From assembly GCA_017404325.1 (NCBI GenBank), contig JAFRCO010000005.1:3495-67494 (forward strand): a stretch of 64,000 bases of DNA, given 5' to 3'. The position numbers and the translations under genes are program-made. Below the pieces are notes generated by a model. The model searched no databases. It had not been told where the DNA came from and saw nothing but the letters and a program-made list of their open reading frames with translations. Positions 9,613 through 17,965 of the stretch are shown here, in pieces. Numbering within the stretch: position 1 is the stretch's first letter; each line of letters opens with the position of its first letter. The stretch comes from Candidatus Saccharimonadota bacterium (lineage in GTDB: Bacteria > Patescibacteriota > Saccharimonadia > Saccharimonadales > Saccharimonadaceae).

Positions 9613-11383
9613 CGATATTCCAGAATCCGGCAAACCGAAAAATATGGGAGAATCGTTTAAGATTTTCCTAAAATCGATCAAAAGATATCGCTTTTTAATC
9701 GTACTTTCGGTTCTACTTGCTGTCGGTTCGGCAATTTTGGGGTTATTTATCCCGAAGATTTTAGGTGACATGACGACTATTGCAGTTGATACGTTTAAAA
9801 CAGGTTTAAATTGGGGCGCTTTGGCTGGGAAAGCTTGGCTCGCAATTGGACTATTCTGCGGCTCGGCATTATTAAATTATGCCCAGGCTTATATACTGGC
9901 AGTTGTTTCGGCAAAGTATACTAAAGAACTTCGCGAAAAAATCCTTGATAAGATTTCTAAATTACCAATCGCGTATTTCGACAAACATAAATTCGGCGAT
10001 ACCTTGTCACGAATGTCTAATGATGTTGATGTTTTAACTACATCCATGTCACAAGAGATTGCTGATGTTTCACTCAGTATTACGACTTTGATTGGTGTAA
10101 TGATTATTATGTTAACTATTTCAGTACCTTTGTCCTTAATTTCATTTATAGTAGTTCCTCTTTCGGTACTGGCAGTAGGACGAATTATGCATTATGCACA
10201 AAAATATTTCCGTGAACAACAAAATACTTTAGGCGTATTAAATAGTAAAATCGAAGAAGATTATTCGGGACAGATTGTAATAAAATCGAATTCTTACGAA
10301 GATGATGCTCTGGAAGATTTTAGTAAAACTAACGAGAAATTGGCAACAGTAGCACGAAAGGCTCAGATTTTTTCATCGTTATCTTTCCCAGTCACACATA
10401 TTTTCACAAATATTGGTTATGTCGCAATTTGTGTACTTGGTGGCATTTTCGTAGTTGAAGGAAAAATTAATATTGGCAATATTCAAGCGTTTATTCAATA
10501 CGTTTCAAGATTTAACCGACCGATTACCGAAATCGCTTCAACAACTTCGACTTTGCAGTCTCTACTCGCGGCAAGTGAAAGAATCTTTGAATTCATTAAT
10601 GAAGCCGAAGAAGAACCAGACCCAGAACCGTCTAAGAAAATTAGCGAGGTTAAAGGTGAGGTCGAATTCCATAATGTCAACTTTGGTTATAGTAAAGGTC
10701 AACCGATTATTCATGACTTTTCAGTTAAAGTAACGCCTGGGATGAAAGTAGCGATTGTTGGCCCGACTGGTGCCGGTAAAACGACTTTAATTAATCTTTT
10801 AATGCGATTTTATGATCCGGATTCGGGATATATCACAATTGATGGCGTCCCAACGCGCGAAATGAAGCGTTCGGATGTACGAAAACTGTTCGGTATGGTT
10901 TTACAGGATACTTGGTTATTCTCAGGAACCGTGGAAGAAAATTTACGTTATAGTAATCAAAAAGCGAATTTAGAAGACATAAAACTTGCTGCTAAAGCAA
11001 GTAATGTTAATCACATTATCGAAGCATTACCAAAGGGCTATAATTCGGAAATTAGCGAAGATTCGGATAATATTTCAGCGGGCGAAAAACAATTAATTAC
11101 AATTGCCCGCGCTATGGTCGCCAATCCGCCAATGATGATTTTAGACGAGGCGACTTCAAATGTTGATACGCGTACAGAGCAATTGATTCAAGATTCATTT
11201 GAGAAGTTAACGCGCGGACGTACCTCATTTGTGATTGCGCATCGTTTGTCTACGATTCGAAATTCGGACTTGATTCTTGTGATGCGTGACGGAAATATTG
11301 TCGAACAAGGAAATCACGAATCGCTCCTTAAAGCAAATGGATTTTACGCCGAATTATACAATTCACAATTTGCTGATAACTAA
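9605..11383 (+). CDS. ABC exporter, fused permease/ATPase (half-transporter B)
   Basis: Walker A GPTGAGKTT, signature ISAGEKQLITIAR, Walker B MMILDEATS. Start overlaps the stop of the upstream ABC gene. Confidence 0.85.
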   Translation: MHNDIPESGKPKNMGESFKIFLKSIKRYRFLIVLSVLLAVGSAILGLFIPKILGDMTTIAVDTFKTGLNWGALAGKAWLAIGLFCGSALLNYAQAYILAVVSAKYTKELREKILDKISKLPIAYFDKHKFGDTLSRMSNDVDVLTTSMSQEIADVSLSITTLIGVMIIMLTISVPLSLISFIVVPLSVLAVGRIMHYAQKYFREQQNTLGVLNSKIEEDYSGQIVIKSNSYEDDALEDFSKTNEKLATVARKAQIFSSLSFPVTHIFTNIGYVAICVLGGIFVVEGKINIGNIQAFIQYVSRFNRPITEIASTTSTLQSLLAASERIFEFINEAEEEPDPEPSKKISEVKGEVEFHNVNFGYSKGQPIIHDFSVKVTPGMKVAIVGPTGAGKTTLINLLMRFYDPDSGYITIDGVPTREMKRSDVRKLFGMVLQDTWLFSGTVEENLRYSNQKANLEDIKLAAKASNVNHIIEALPKGYNSEISEDSDNISAGEKQLITIARAMVANPPMMILDEATSNVDTRTEQLIQDSFEKLTRGRTSFVIAHRLSTIRNSDLILVMRDGNIVEQGNHESLLKANGFYAELYNSQFADN

Positions 11384-11983
11384 ATTAAAGATTTCATCGA
11401 TAGTGCCTGAAGCGTCAATTGTAGTAACGTCGTACTCCTTGGCAATTTTTAAATAGGCTTTGTTAATTTTTTGCTGGAAAGTCTCGCCTTTAGATTTCCA
11501 AACTTCTTGTTTGCGGTCCCAATTTTGATCAGTCTGGGTGCCGAGGCGTTTTTGTTGTTCTTGCTCTTTAATAGTAAATAAGAAAATTTTGTCTGGGTGG
11601 AAATATGGTTCTGGCATAATTAATTTATGAAGTTTGATAATTAACGAACGACTTACGCCGCCACCGTAACCCTCATAGACTAAAGTAGAAAACCAGTTTC
11701 GTGTTGTAATGACGATATCACCATTTTTTAATGCTGGCTCGGCGAGTTTACGCCATTGTTCGTAGCGATTGACTAAATATAACATCACGCGAGTGCGGTG
11801 GTCGATGTCCTGTTTTGAACCATAAGTTAGACGGGCAACTTCGGAAATGAATTTATCTTTACTGGCAGTACCAGATTCAGCATAAGTTACAACTTTTTTA
11901 CCTTGTGACTCAAAATATTCTTTCAACTTTTTAGCCTGGGTATCTTTGCCAGTGCCGTCTTGACCCTCAATGACGATGTACAT
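11363..11983 (-). CDS. tmk: Thymidylate (dTMP) kinase family protein
   Basis: P-loop IVIEGQDGTGKDT at the N-terminus and ~200 aa length. Start overlaps the end of tdk. Confidence 0.7.
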   Translation of the reverse strand: MYIVIEGQDGTGKDTQAKKLKEYFESQGKKVVTYAESGTASKDKFISEVARLTYGSKQDIDHRTRVMLYLVNRYEQWRKLAEPALKNGDIVITTRNWFSTLVYEGYGGGVSRSLIIKLHKLIMPEPYFHPDKIFLFTIKEQEQQKRLGTQTDQNWDRKQEVWKSKGETFQQKINKAYLKIAKEYDVTTIDASGTIDEIFNLVISKL

Positions 11984-12569
11984 TTTTTGTCTCCAAATGT
12001 TTTAGATAGCAAGCAGGGCAAAGCGCACGATATTCAATTTTAGTTTTGCCATCATCAATTAGAATGTCTGGTCCATCGGTAACGAGTTTGTCATCTAGGA
12101 AGCGGCAATTCAACGTCGCTTTGTGTCCGCAATCGCAAATAGTTTTAATCTCTTCGATGTTATGGGCGATTTGTAAGAGACGAGTCGCTCCTTCAAAGCC
12201 GCCATCTTTCTGACGAAAATTCAAACGTAACCCATAAGCCATGACGGGAATGTTCAATTTAATAGTGATCATCATGAGTTCGTCGGCTTGTTTAGGTGTA
12301 AGAAATTGCGCTTCGTCAACTAAGACACAATGTACATCAGAATAATTCTTTAAAACTTCTTTGTATAAATCAGTTTCTCTGTCGAAACAAAAATCAGTTT
12401 CGCGCTCAGGACCGATGCGAGTTAATAGTTTTGTGCCATCTTTGGTGTCAGTTTTTGGTTTTATAACACAGACTCTATGTCCGCGCTCTTCGTAGTTAAA
12501 CGCGACTTGAAGCAGTTGCATTGTTTTACCACATCCCATCGCGCCATATCTAAAATATAGTTTCGCCAT
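11967..12569 (-). CDS. tdk: Thymidine kinase
   Basis: MAKLYFRYGAMGCGKT P-loop, VDEAQF, C-terminal zinc-ribbon cysteines (CDCG ... CPAC). ATG at 12569 is preferred over the longer ORF to 12632 because a TGCTATAAT box lies 6 nt upstream. Confidence 0.9.
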   Translation of the reverse strand: MAKLYFRYGAMGCGKTMQLLQVAFNYEERGHRVCVIKPKTDTKDGTKLLTRIGPERETDFCFDRETDLYKEVLKNYSDVHCVLVDEAQFLTPKQADELMMITIKLNIPVMAYGLRLNFRQKDGGFEGATRLLQIAHNIEEIKTICDCGHKATLNCRFLDDKLVTDGPDILIDDGKTKIEYRALCPACYLKHLETKNVHRH

Positions 12570-12586
12570 GCTATAATTATAGCATG
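12567..12586. promoter_or_regulatory. Perfect 20-bp palindrome CATGCTATAATTATAGCATG holding two overlapping extended -10 boxes and both start codons (tdk on minus, ung on plus)
   Basis: Read directly. TGCTATAAT on each strand, each followed by 6 nt and ATG (12584 plus; 12569 minus). Confidence 0.7.
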
Positions 12587-13231
12587 CATGAGAGTTGGAA
12601 GCCGTTTTTAAAAAGCGAGTTTGAGAAGCCATATTTTAAAGAATTGTCTGAGTTTTTGCACCAAGAATATGAAACCAAAACAATTTATCCAAAAAAAGAA
12701 TTAGTTTTTTCAGCTTTTACAACTGATTTAAATGAAGTGAAAGTAGTAATTTTGGGACAAGATCCTTATCATACGCCAGGAGCAGCGATGGGGCTTGCGT
12801 TTTCAGTCCCGAATTCGGAACCGGTACCGCCTTCTTTAATTAACATATATAAAGAAATTGATTCGGATATTGGACATCATGAAAACCCGCGGGGGAGTCT
12901 AAGGAATTGGCAAAAACAAGGCGTTCTATTATTAAATACAGTTTTAACGGTAGAAGCGCATAAACCAAAATCACACAGTGGAAAAGGGTGGGAAATCTTT
13001 ACGACGGAAGTAATTAAATATTTAAATGAAACACGTCCGCATTTAGTATTTATTTTATGGGGACGAGACGCGAGAAATAAAAAGTCTTTAATAAACTCCT
13101 CAAAACATTTAATATTAGAATCAGCACATCCTTCGCCCTTGTCAGCTTATGCTGGATTTTTTGGCAGCAAACCTTTCTCAAAATGCAATGAGTTTTTAAA
13201 AGAAAATGGTTTAGAACCTATACAATGGTAG
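12584..13231 (+). CDS. ung: Uracil-DNA glycosylase, family 1
   Basis: ILGQDPYH water-activating motif and HPSPLSA leucine-loop motif. Confidence 0.9.
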   Translation: MHESWKPFLKSEFEKPYFKELSEFLHQEYETKTIYPKKELVFSAFTTDLNEVKVVILGQDPYHTPGAAMGLAFSVPNSEPVPPSLINIYKEIDSDIGHHENPRGSLRNWQKQGVLLLNTVLTVEAHKPKSHSGKGWEIFTTEVIKYLNETRPHLVFILWGRDARNKKSLINSSKHLILESAHPSPLSAYAGFFGSKPFSKCNEFLKENGLEPIQW

Positions 13232-13781
13232 AATGATCTACCCACTTAGCTAAGCGTCGGTATTCTTCTGAATCTTCGTCATAAGAATCTAAAATGTCTT
13301 CAATGTAAGTTTTGCCGTTGGTAAGATTTAAAGTTTTTACTTCCGGCATGGAAACGAGTAAACGAATGACGGCTTCATCGGTTTCGACATTGGTCATGGA
13401 TTTTTTCGGATCGGTTGAATGGGAATGAACGCGAAGTTCGCGATAAACAAATCGTTTAATTCCAGCTTGTAAACAATACTTCAAACAATTTTCACAAGTT
13501 GCAACACGGTTATAAACTGTACAACCAGTTAAATCTTGGTGCGCAAATAATACCGCATTCATTTCTGAATGAATAGCAAAATAATATTTCATTGGGCGTT
13601 CACTTAAAGTCATTTTCGACTCGTCGGCGCCTTGGATCATTCCGTTATAACCCTGGGAAACGACACGTTTATTTTGATCAACAATTACACAGCCCATTTT
13701 GCTCGAGGGATCTTTAGATTTCGCCGCGACTGCTTCGGCAATATTCATAAAATACTCATCCCATTCAGTTTGTTTACTCAT
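13218..13781 (-). CDS. Deoxycytidylate (dCMP) deaminase with a ~50-aa C-terminal extension
   Basis: HSEMNA zinc/catalytic motif and CENCLKYCLQAGIKRFVY (PCxxC-type) motif. ATG at 13781 (MSKQTEWDEYFM) is preferred; a TGGTATAAT box lies just upstream on the minus strand. Confidence 0.8.
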   Translation of the reverse strand: MSKQTEWDEYFMNIAEAVAAKSKDPSSKMGCVIVDQNKRVVSQGYNGMIQGADESKMTLSERPMKYYFAIHSEMNAVLFAHQDLTGCTVYNRVATCENCLKYCLQAGIKRFVYRELRVHSHSTDPKKSMTNVETDEAVIRLLVSMPEVKTLNLTNGKTYIEDILDSYDEDSEEYRRLAKWVDHSTIV

Positions 13782-13873
13782 AATGAGTATCATTATACCA
13801 TAAGCAAAGCTTCGGGGTTGATTTTTCAAAAATTTCGTGCCTATACTCTCGCAATATTAAACTAAGGAGAAAA

Positions 13874-15526
13874 ATGCGAGTAAAAATTAAATATTTAATA
13901 TTAACTTTAGCGCTTTTAGTAGCGAGTTCGGCGCCACAAATTAAAGCTGAAGCAATTAGTTGCCCAGATTTAAGAATTGTGTTTGCGCGGGGGTCGGGAG
14001 GAGAGAGATGGACGACGGATGATTATTTAGTGTTTAAAGAGTCAATTGAAAGTAAATTGAAAAGCACGAGTCTAAGTTATGAGTTTATCGACCTGGATTA
14101 TCCAGCAGTAGGAGTTGGATGGAAAAATTTAGGAGTAACAATCGGGGCTTATTTTGGTTCAGGTGATAGTTATGAATTCGGTGATAGTGTAAATGATGGT
14201 GTTAAAAATTTAATTTCAATGGTAAATGGCTCTAGTTGCCCAAATACTAAATATGTACTCGGTGGATACTCGCAAGGTGCAATGGTTGTTTCAAAATCTT
14301 TAGAAAGCTTAAAATCAGAGCGTTTAATCTATGCCGCAACTTTCGGAGACCCAAAAATTTATTTACCAGAAGGAAAAGGTTTATTACCTGAAGCTTGTCG
14401 AGGAGGAAAATTGTCGGATTATCGTATGTATGTTCCGGATTGCCAGGCTTACAAAGGGCTACTTGGAGCATATATGCCATACGAACCCGAAAGTTTAGTT
14501 GGGAAAGTCGGAACTTGGTGTAATAAAATGGATGTTTTCTGTAGTTCAAAATTTGATTTAGATGATCATTTAGAATACATTGAGGACGAACTTTATACTG
14601 ACGCCTCAAAAGTAATTTTTGATAAAATTACAAAAGCATTTAATTTAGAGAATCATATCACATCACCACATGACACAGTGATTATTTTAGATTCAACGGG
14701 TTCAATGAGTTATATGATTGAAGAATATAAAGCTGAGGCGATTAGACTCGCGACTAAAACTTTTGAATCGGGCGGGAGAGTGGCACTTTATGACTATCGC
14801 GATTTAGATGACCCATATACTCCAGTTGAACATTGTAATTTTGAGAACTGTACTATGGAAGTAATACAACAAAAAATTGATGAAATTGAAGTAGACGGCG
14901 GAGGAGATGCAAACGAATCATTGCTTTCGGCGTCTTTTTCGGCAATGAAAAGTTTAAAATGGAAATTTGGAGCCACTAAATCAATCGTGGTTTTAACGGA
15001 CGCGCCATTTTTAATGCCGGATCGCGACGGAGTTACGATGGATGACGTGGTAAAGTTGAGTAAAGAAATTGATCCGGTGAATTATTATATCATTACGAAC
15101 GAAGAATCGGCGGAAAGTTACGAAGAGCTTGCGGAAAGAACTGACGGGATGGTGGTGACAGATTTTAATAAGTTGGATTTACTCACGGATTATATTATTG
15201 AACGATACGACAGTTTGCCACGCGTTGAAGAAAGCATAGAAATAGAGTTGCCGACCTTAGAAATAAAAGACGTGATTGATAGACCCGATGCAGAAGTTCA
15301 AATCAATTTTGAAAGTAGTAGCGAGCAAACTATTGTGATCTTAAACGATGAAATACTGGGTATTACTAATGAAAAAAATATTATAATCTCCGATTTAAAC
15401 CCCGATAAGAAGAATGTTTTATCTTTGGTGCCGATTTCTAATGGCGTAAGAGGGGATGGAGTTTCGGTCGACTTAAGAGTTTCTACGATGGTTATTCCTA
15501 AAGCGCCAAATACCGGGAAAAAATAG
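13874..15526 (+). CDS. Secreted cutinase-fold serine esterase fused to a von Willebrand factor A domain; ends in APNTGKK
   Basis: Signal peptide. Cutinase hallmarks: CPD..IVFARGSGGE, GGYSQGAMVV, FGDP, CNKMDVFCSS..DDHLEY. vWA MIDAS elements: ILDSTGSMS, DGGGDANES, VVLTDAP. Confidence 0.7.
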   Translation: MRVKIKYLILTLALLVASSAPQIKAEAISCPDLRIVFARGSGGERWTTDDYLVFKESIESKLKSTSLSYEFIDLDYPAVGVGWKNLGVTIGAYFGSGDSYEFGDSVNDGVKNLISMVNGSSCPNTKYVLGGYSQGAMVVSKSLESLKSERLIYAATFGDPKIYLPEGKGLLPEACRGGKLSDYRMYVPDCQAYKGLLGAYMPYEPESLVGKVGTWCNKMDVFCSSKFDLDDHLEYIEDELYTDASKVIFDKITKAFNLENHITSPHDTVIILDSTGSMSYMIEEYKAEAIRLATKTFESGGRVALYDYRDLDDPYTPVEHCNFENCTMEVIQQKIDEIEVDGGGDANESLLSASFSAMKSLKWKFGATKSIVVLTDAPFLMPDRDGVTMDDVVKLSKEIDPVNYYIITNEESAESYEELAERTDGMVVTDFNKLDLLTDYIIERYDSLPRVEESIEIELPTLEIKDVIDRPDAEVQINFESSSEQTIVILNDEILGITNEKNIIISDLNPDKKNVLSLVPISNGVRGDGVSVDLRVSTMVIPKAPNTGKK

Positions 15527-15605
15527 TTCTTTTGGTTATTTACTATTTGATTACGATAATGTATAATAAAGGTGTCAATTGTATCAAATAATCTTAAGGA
15601 GCAAA

Positions 15606-17351
15606 ATGCGTATAAAACTGAAGAAAATCCCGACCGCAATCGCAATAGTCGGGTTGCTCAGTGCGTCGTTACTCTTGCCGTTGTCGCATATGGTAAGCGT
15701 TTGGGCTGACACTGTAACATTATTATTTAATTTTAACGCCTCATCACCAGAAATAAGTCTCGTGGCTTTTAATGGTGCTAACCAAGAAGATTTAGGTTTA
15801 GGACAAGTTGGGGATACGCTAAAAGTTAATATAGCTGGCGACGAGAGATTCTTTAGAGTCATGTTGGAGGATGGGCTTAGACAAGAAATAGCGCCGGAAA
15901 GAATTCATGTAACTTGTAGCTCCGAACAAAGTTGTTCTATTCAAGTCTCGGATGTTGATACATCAATTGTGTCCAACGGGATACATTTTGTAACTTCTGG
16001 CGATTCGCCGTTTGAGATACTTTATCTAAACGATAATCCGTATCCATATGGCGACGAAAATCTTTTGCAAAATGAAAATTTTGAGCTGAGATTTCGTGAG
16101 GTACAGGAGTTTGATGGAGCGGCCTATGTGATTTGGGCTTGTGGTGAAAATGACGAAGAAGTATGTTTGCATTTGTTCCCAGAAATTAGAAACGAAAATT
16201 TTGAGACTGAATATTATCCTGCGGCCGAGATAACTGATATTACCAATCCAAGTAGGGTATTTGACAAGTTTGGAGCTTTTGAAGATGAAGATTATATTCG
16301 CGGCATGGCAGAAAAAGCAATGTTAGATGAGTGGATTGAAAGAAATTACGGAGAAGGGAAAACAGTAGCAGATGTAGATTGGAGTGAAGTTGATATCCAC
16401 TACTTACTCCGCGGTAGAGATAAAGGTACGTATGAAAGAATCTTTATCGAAGAAGGCATTTGCGAAGACACTGGAGATGAGGGTCTTTTACATGATTGCG
16501 TAGATCATGAATTCGATGAACGTGGATGGGTAGAAGGTGGTGGTGTAAAACTGCAGCCAGTCGGTGAAACGCAAGGCAATAGTTCTTACGTTAGTTACGG
16601 TGATAGAAGATTTAGGCTGACAATCTACAACGAAAATTACAAGGCAATTGAACTTGGCGACTTAAGTGATTTACATTATGTACCGCATTTCTATCAAGAC
16701 GCAACTTATGTAGACGCAATTGATATTTCGGGAACTTCAGAAGAAAGCCCGGCGATAATGCATTCGATTTTGCTTGAAGACACTGTAAGGATTAAAGAAT
16801 CTGCAATTGGCGGTCTTCATATTAAAAGTATTGAAGCGCTTGCGCCAGAAGGAGCAATTGACATTAATGGTGAGAATGGCGAATATGAGTTTGTATTCCA
16901 TTCTAACTATTACGATGCGGTCGTCTTCAAGATTGTTGACACGGATGAACATGAATACTATTTGATGGTTGAGCGTTCGATTTTGAATAATTGGATTCGT
17001 GAAGAATCAGTACAAACAACTTTCTACTTTGATGCGAACACTTCTTATAGTGACTATGAGTTAATTGCAACTTATGTTTACACGGATGGAACGATAGTAG
17101 AAAAAACGATGACTAATGCACAAAAAATTGACGATGGGCTCGGAAATATTATGTATGCTTATGAAGCTGAGGCTGGCCTAAACCTTAAAATGGCAACCTA
17201 TGTCATAGAAGAAGAACGTGGCTTTTCGGACGAACTAGATGGTGTCTATTTCAACGCGAGAAAAGCCGGGACAACTGATTTGATTTATGCTGGTACTTTG
17301 GTTGGACATGGACTCGGGGTCTATGAACCGATGTCTAATTATAGGCACTAA
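15606..17351 (+). CDS. Secreted acidic protein of unknown function (581 aa)
   Basis: SD AAGGAG 4 nt before the ATG at 15606. Signal peptide MRIKLKKIPTAIAIVGLLSASLLL...VWA. Long uninterrupted ORF with no motif I recognise. Confidence 0.6.
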   Translation: MRIKLKKIPTAIAIVGLLSASLLLPLSHMVSVWADTVTLLFNFNASSPEISLVAFNGANQEDLGLGQVGDTLKVNIAGDERFFRVMLEDGLRQEIAPERIHVTCSSEQSCSIQVSDVDTSIVSNGIHFVTSGDSPFEILYLNDNPYPYGDENLLQNENFELRFREVQEFDGAAYVIWACGENDEEVCLHLFPEIRNENFETEYYPAAEITDITNPSRVFDKFGAFEDEDYIRGMAEKAMLDEWIERNYGEGKTVADVDWSEVDIHYLLRGRDKGTYERIFIEEGICEDTGDEGLLHDCVDHEFDERGWVEGGGVKLQPVGETQGNSSYVSYGDRRFRLTIYNENYKAIELGDLSDLHYVPHFYQDATYVDAIDISGTSEESPAIMHSILLEDTVRIKESAIGGLHIKSIEALAPEGAIDINGENGEYEFVFHSNYYDAVVFKIVDTDEHEYYLMVERSILNNWIREESVQTTFYFDANTSYSDYELIATYVYTDGTIVEKTMTNAQKIDDGLGNIMYAYEAEAGLNLKMATYVIEEERGFSDELDGVYFNARKAGTTDLIYAGTLVGHGLGVYEPMSNYRH

Positions 17352-17367
17352 AAGAATAAGGAGGAAA

Positions 17368-17898
17368 ATGAGCAAATACCTTACAAAAATCATAACAGCA
17401 AGTTTAATAGTTTCACTCATGATAGTCGCGGGGGTTAATGCCGTAGGAAATGATGTTTTAACTGTAGAAGCTGAACAGGACGAAACGACAGGAGAAATTG
17501 TAATATCAGGAACGACTGATGAAGGAGTAGTAGCGGTATCCTGTAGTTTATTAGATCAGTCCGAAAACGAAGTATTCTTTGGCTCGCTCGAAGTAGATTC
17601 AGCTGCATTTAGTGGCAATTTCGTAGCACCAGTTGCCTATTATACTTTGAAGTGTGCCAATTATGATGGCGGCGATTGGGTTTCGACCACAATTGGTGAA
17701 ATAGAAGAGGACGAGGAGCCTGGAGAAGAAGAGAAAGAAGAGGAAGAATCGGGTTCACCAAATACTGGTAGCGCTACGAACGAAGAAGGGACTTCGGCGA
17801 TAATTAGTGGCTCTGTACTATTTATTGCTATTGTAGCGATATTAATTGTAGCAAAAATAGCTAGCAATAATATTGCAAATAAGAACAAAGCTGAGTAA
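17368..17898 (+). CDS. Small cell-wall-anchored surface protein (SPNTG sorting signal)
   Basis: SD AAGGAGG before the ATG at 17368. Signal peptide, acidic E-rich linker, then SPNTG + hydrophobic segment + KNKAE tail. Confidence 0.65.
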   Translation: MSKYLTKIITASLIVSLMIVAGVNAVGNDVLTVEAEQDETTGEIVISGTTDEGVVAVSCSLLDQSENEVFFGSLEVDSAAFSGNFVAPVAYYTLKCANYDGGDWVSTTIGEIEEDEEPGEEEKEEEESGSPNTGSATNEEGTSAIISGSVLFIAIVAILIVAKIASNNIANKNKAE

Positions 17899-17910
17899 TT
17901 AAATCACAAA

Positions 17911-17938
17911 AACAGCCGGCTCTTACCGGTTGTTTTTT
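17911..17938 (+). terminator. Rho-independent terminator after the PNTG-anchored protein gene
   Basis: CAGCCGG-ctctta-CCGGTTG stem (one G-U pair) followed by TTTTTT. Confidence 0.7.
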
Positions 17939-17949
17939 GTTAGTTTTTA

Positions 17950-17958
17950 TGGTATAAT
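17950..17958 (+). promoter_or_regulatory. Extended -10 (TGGTATAAT) 7 nt upstream of the typA ATG (leaderless)
   Basis: Sequence match; no SD. Confidence 0.6.
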
Positions 17959-17965
17959 CGCACGC

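Noticed and set aside
5673-11383. Four consecutive membrane-transport genes (AI-2E, flippase-like, two ABC half-transporters) as a possible dedicated secretion system
   Set aside because: All four are common, independently occurring families. I see no associated substrate, peptidase or bacteriocin-type gene or leader peptide nearby. There is no evidence beyond adjacency.
15524-15547. Stop-codon readthrough of TAG in the zero frame to generate the anchor of the cutinase-vWA protein
   Set aside because: Zero-frame readthrough yields only FFWLFTI before a TGA. That is too short for a membrane anchor, so the -1 frame is the only one giving a full-length tail.
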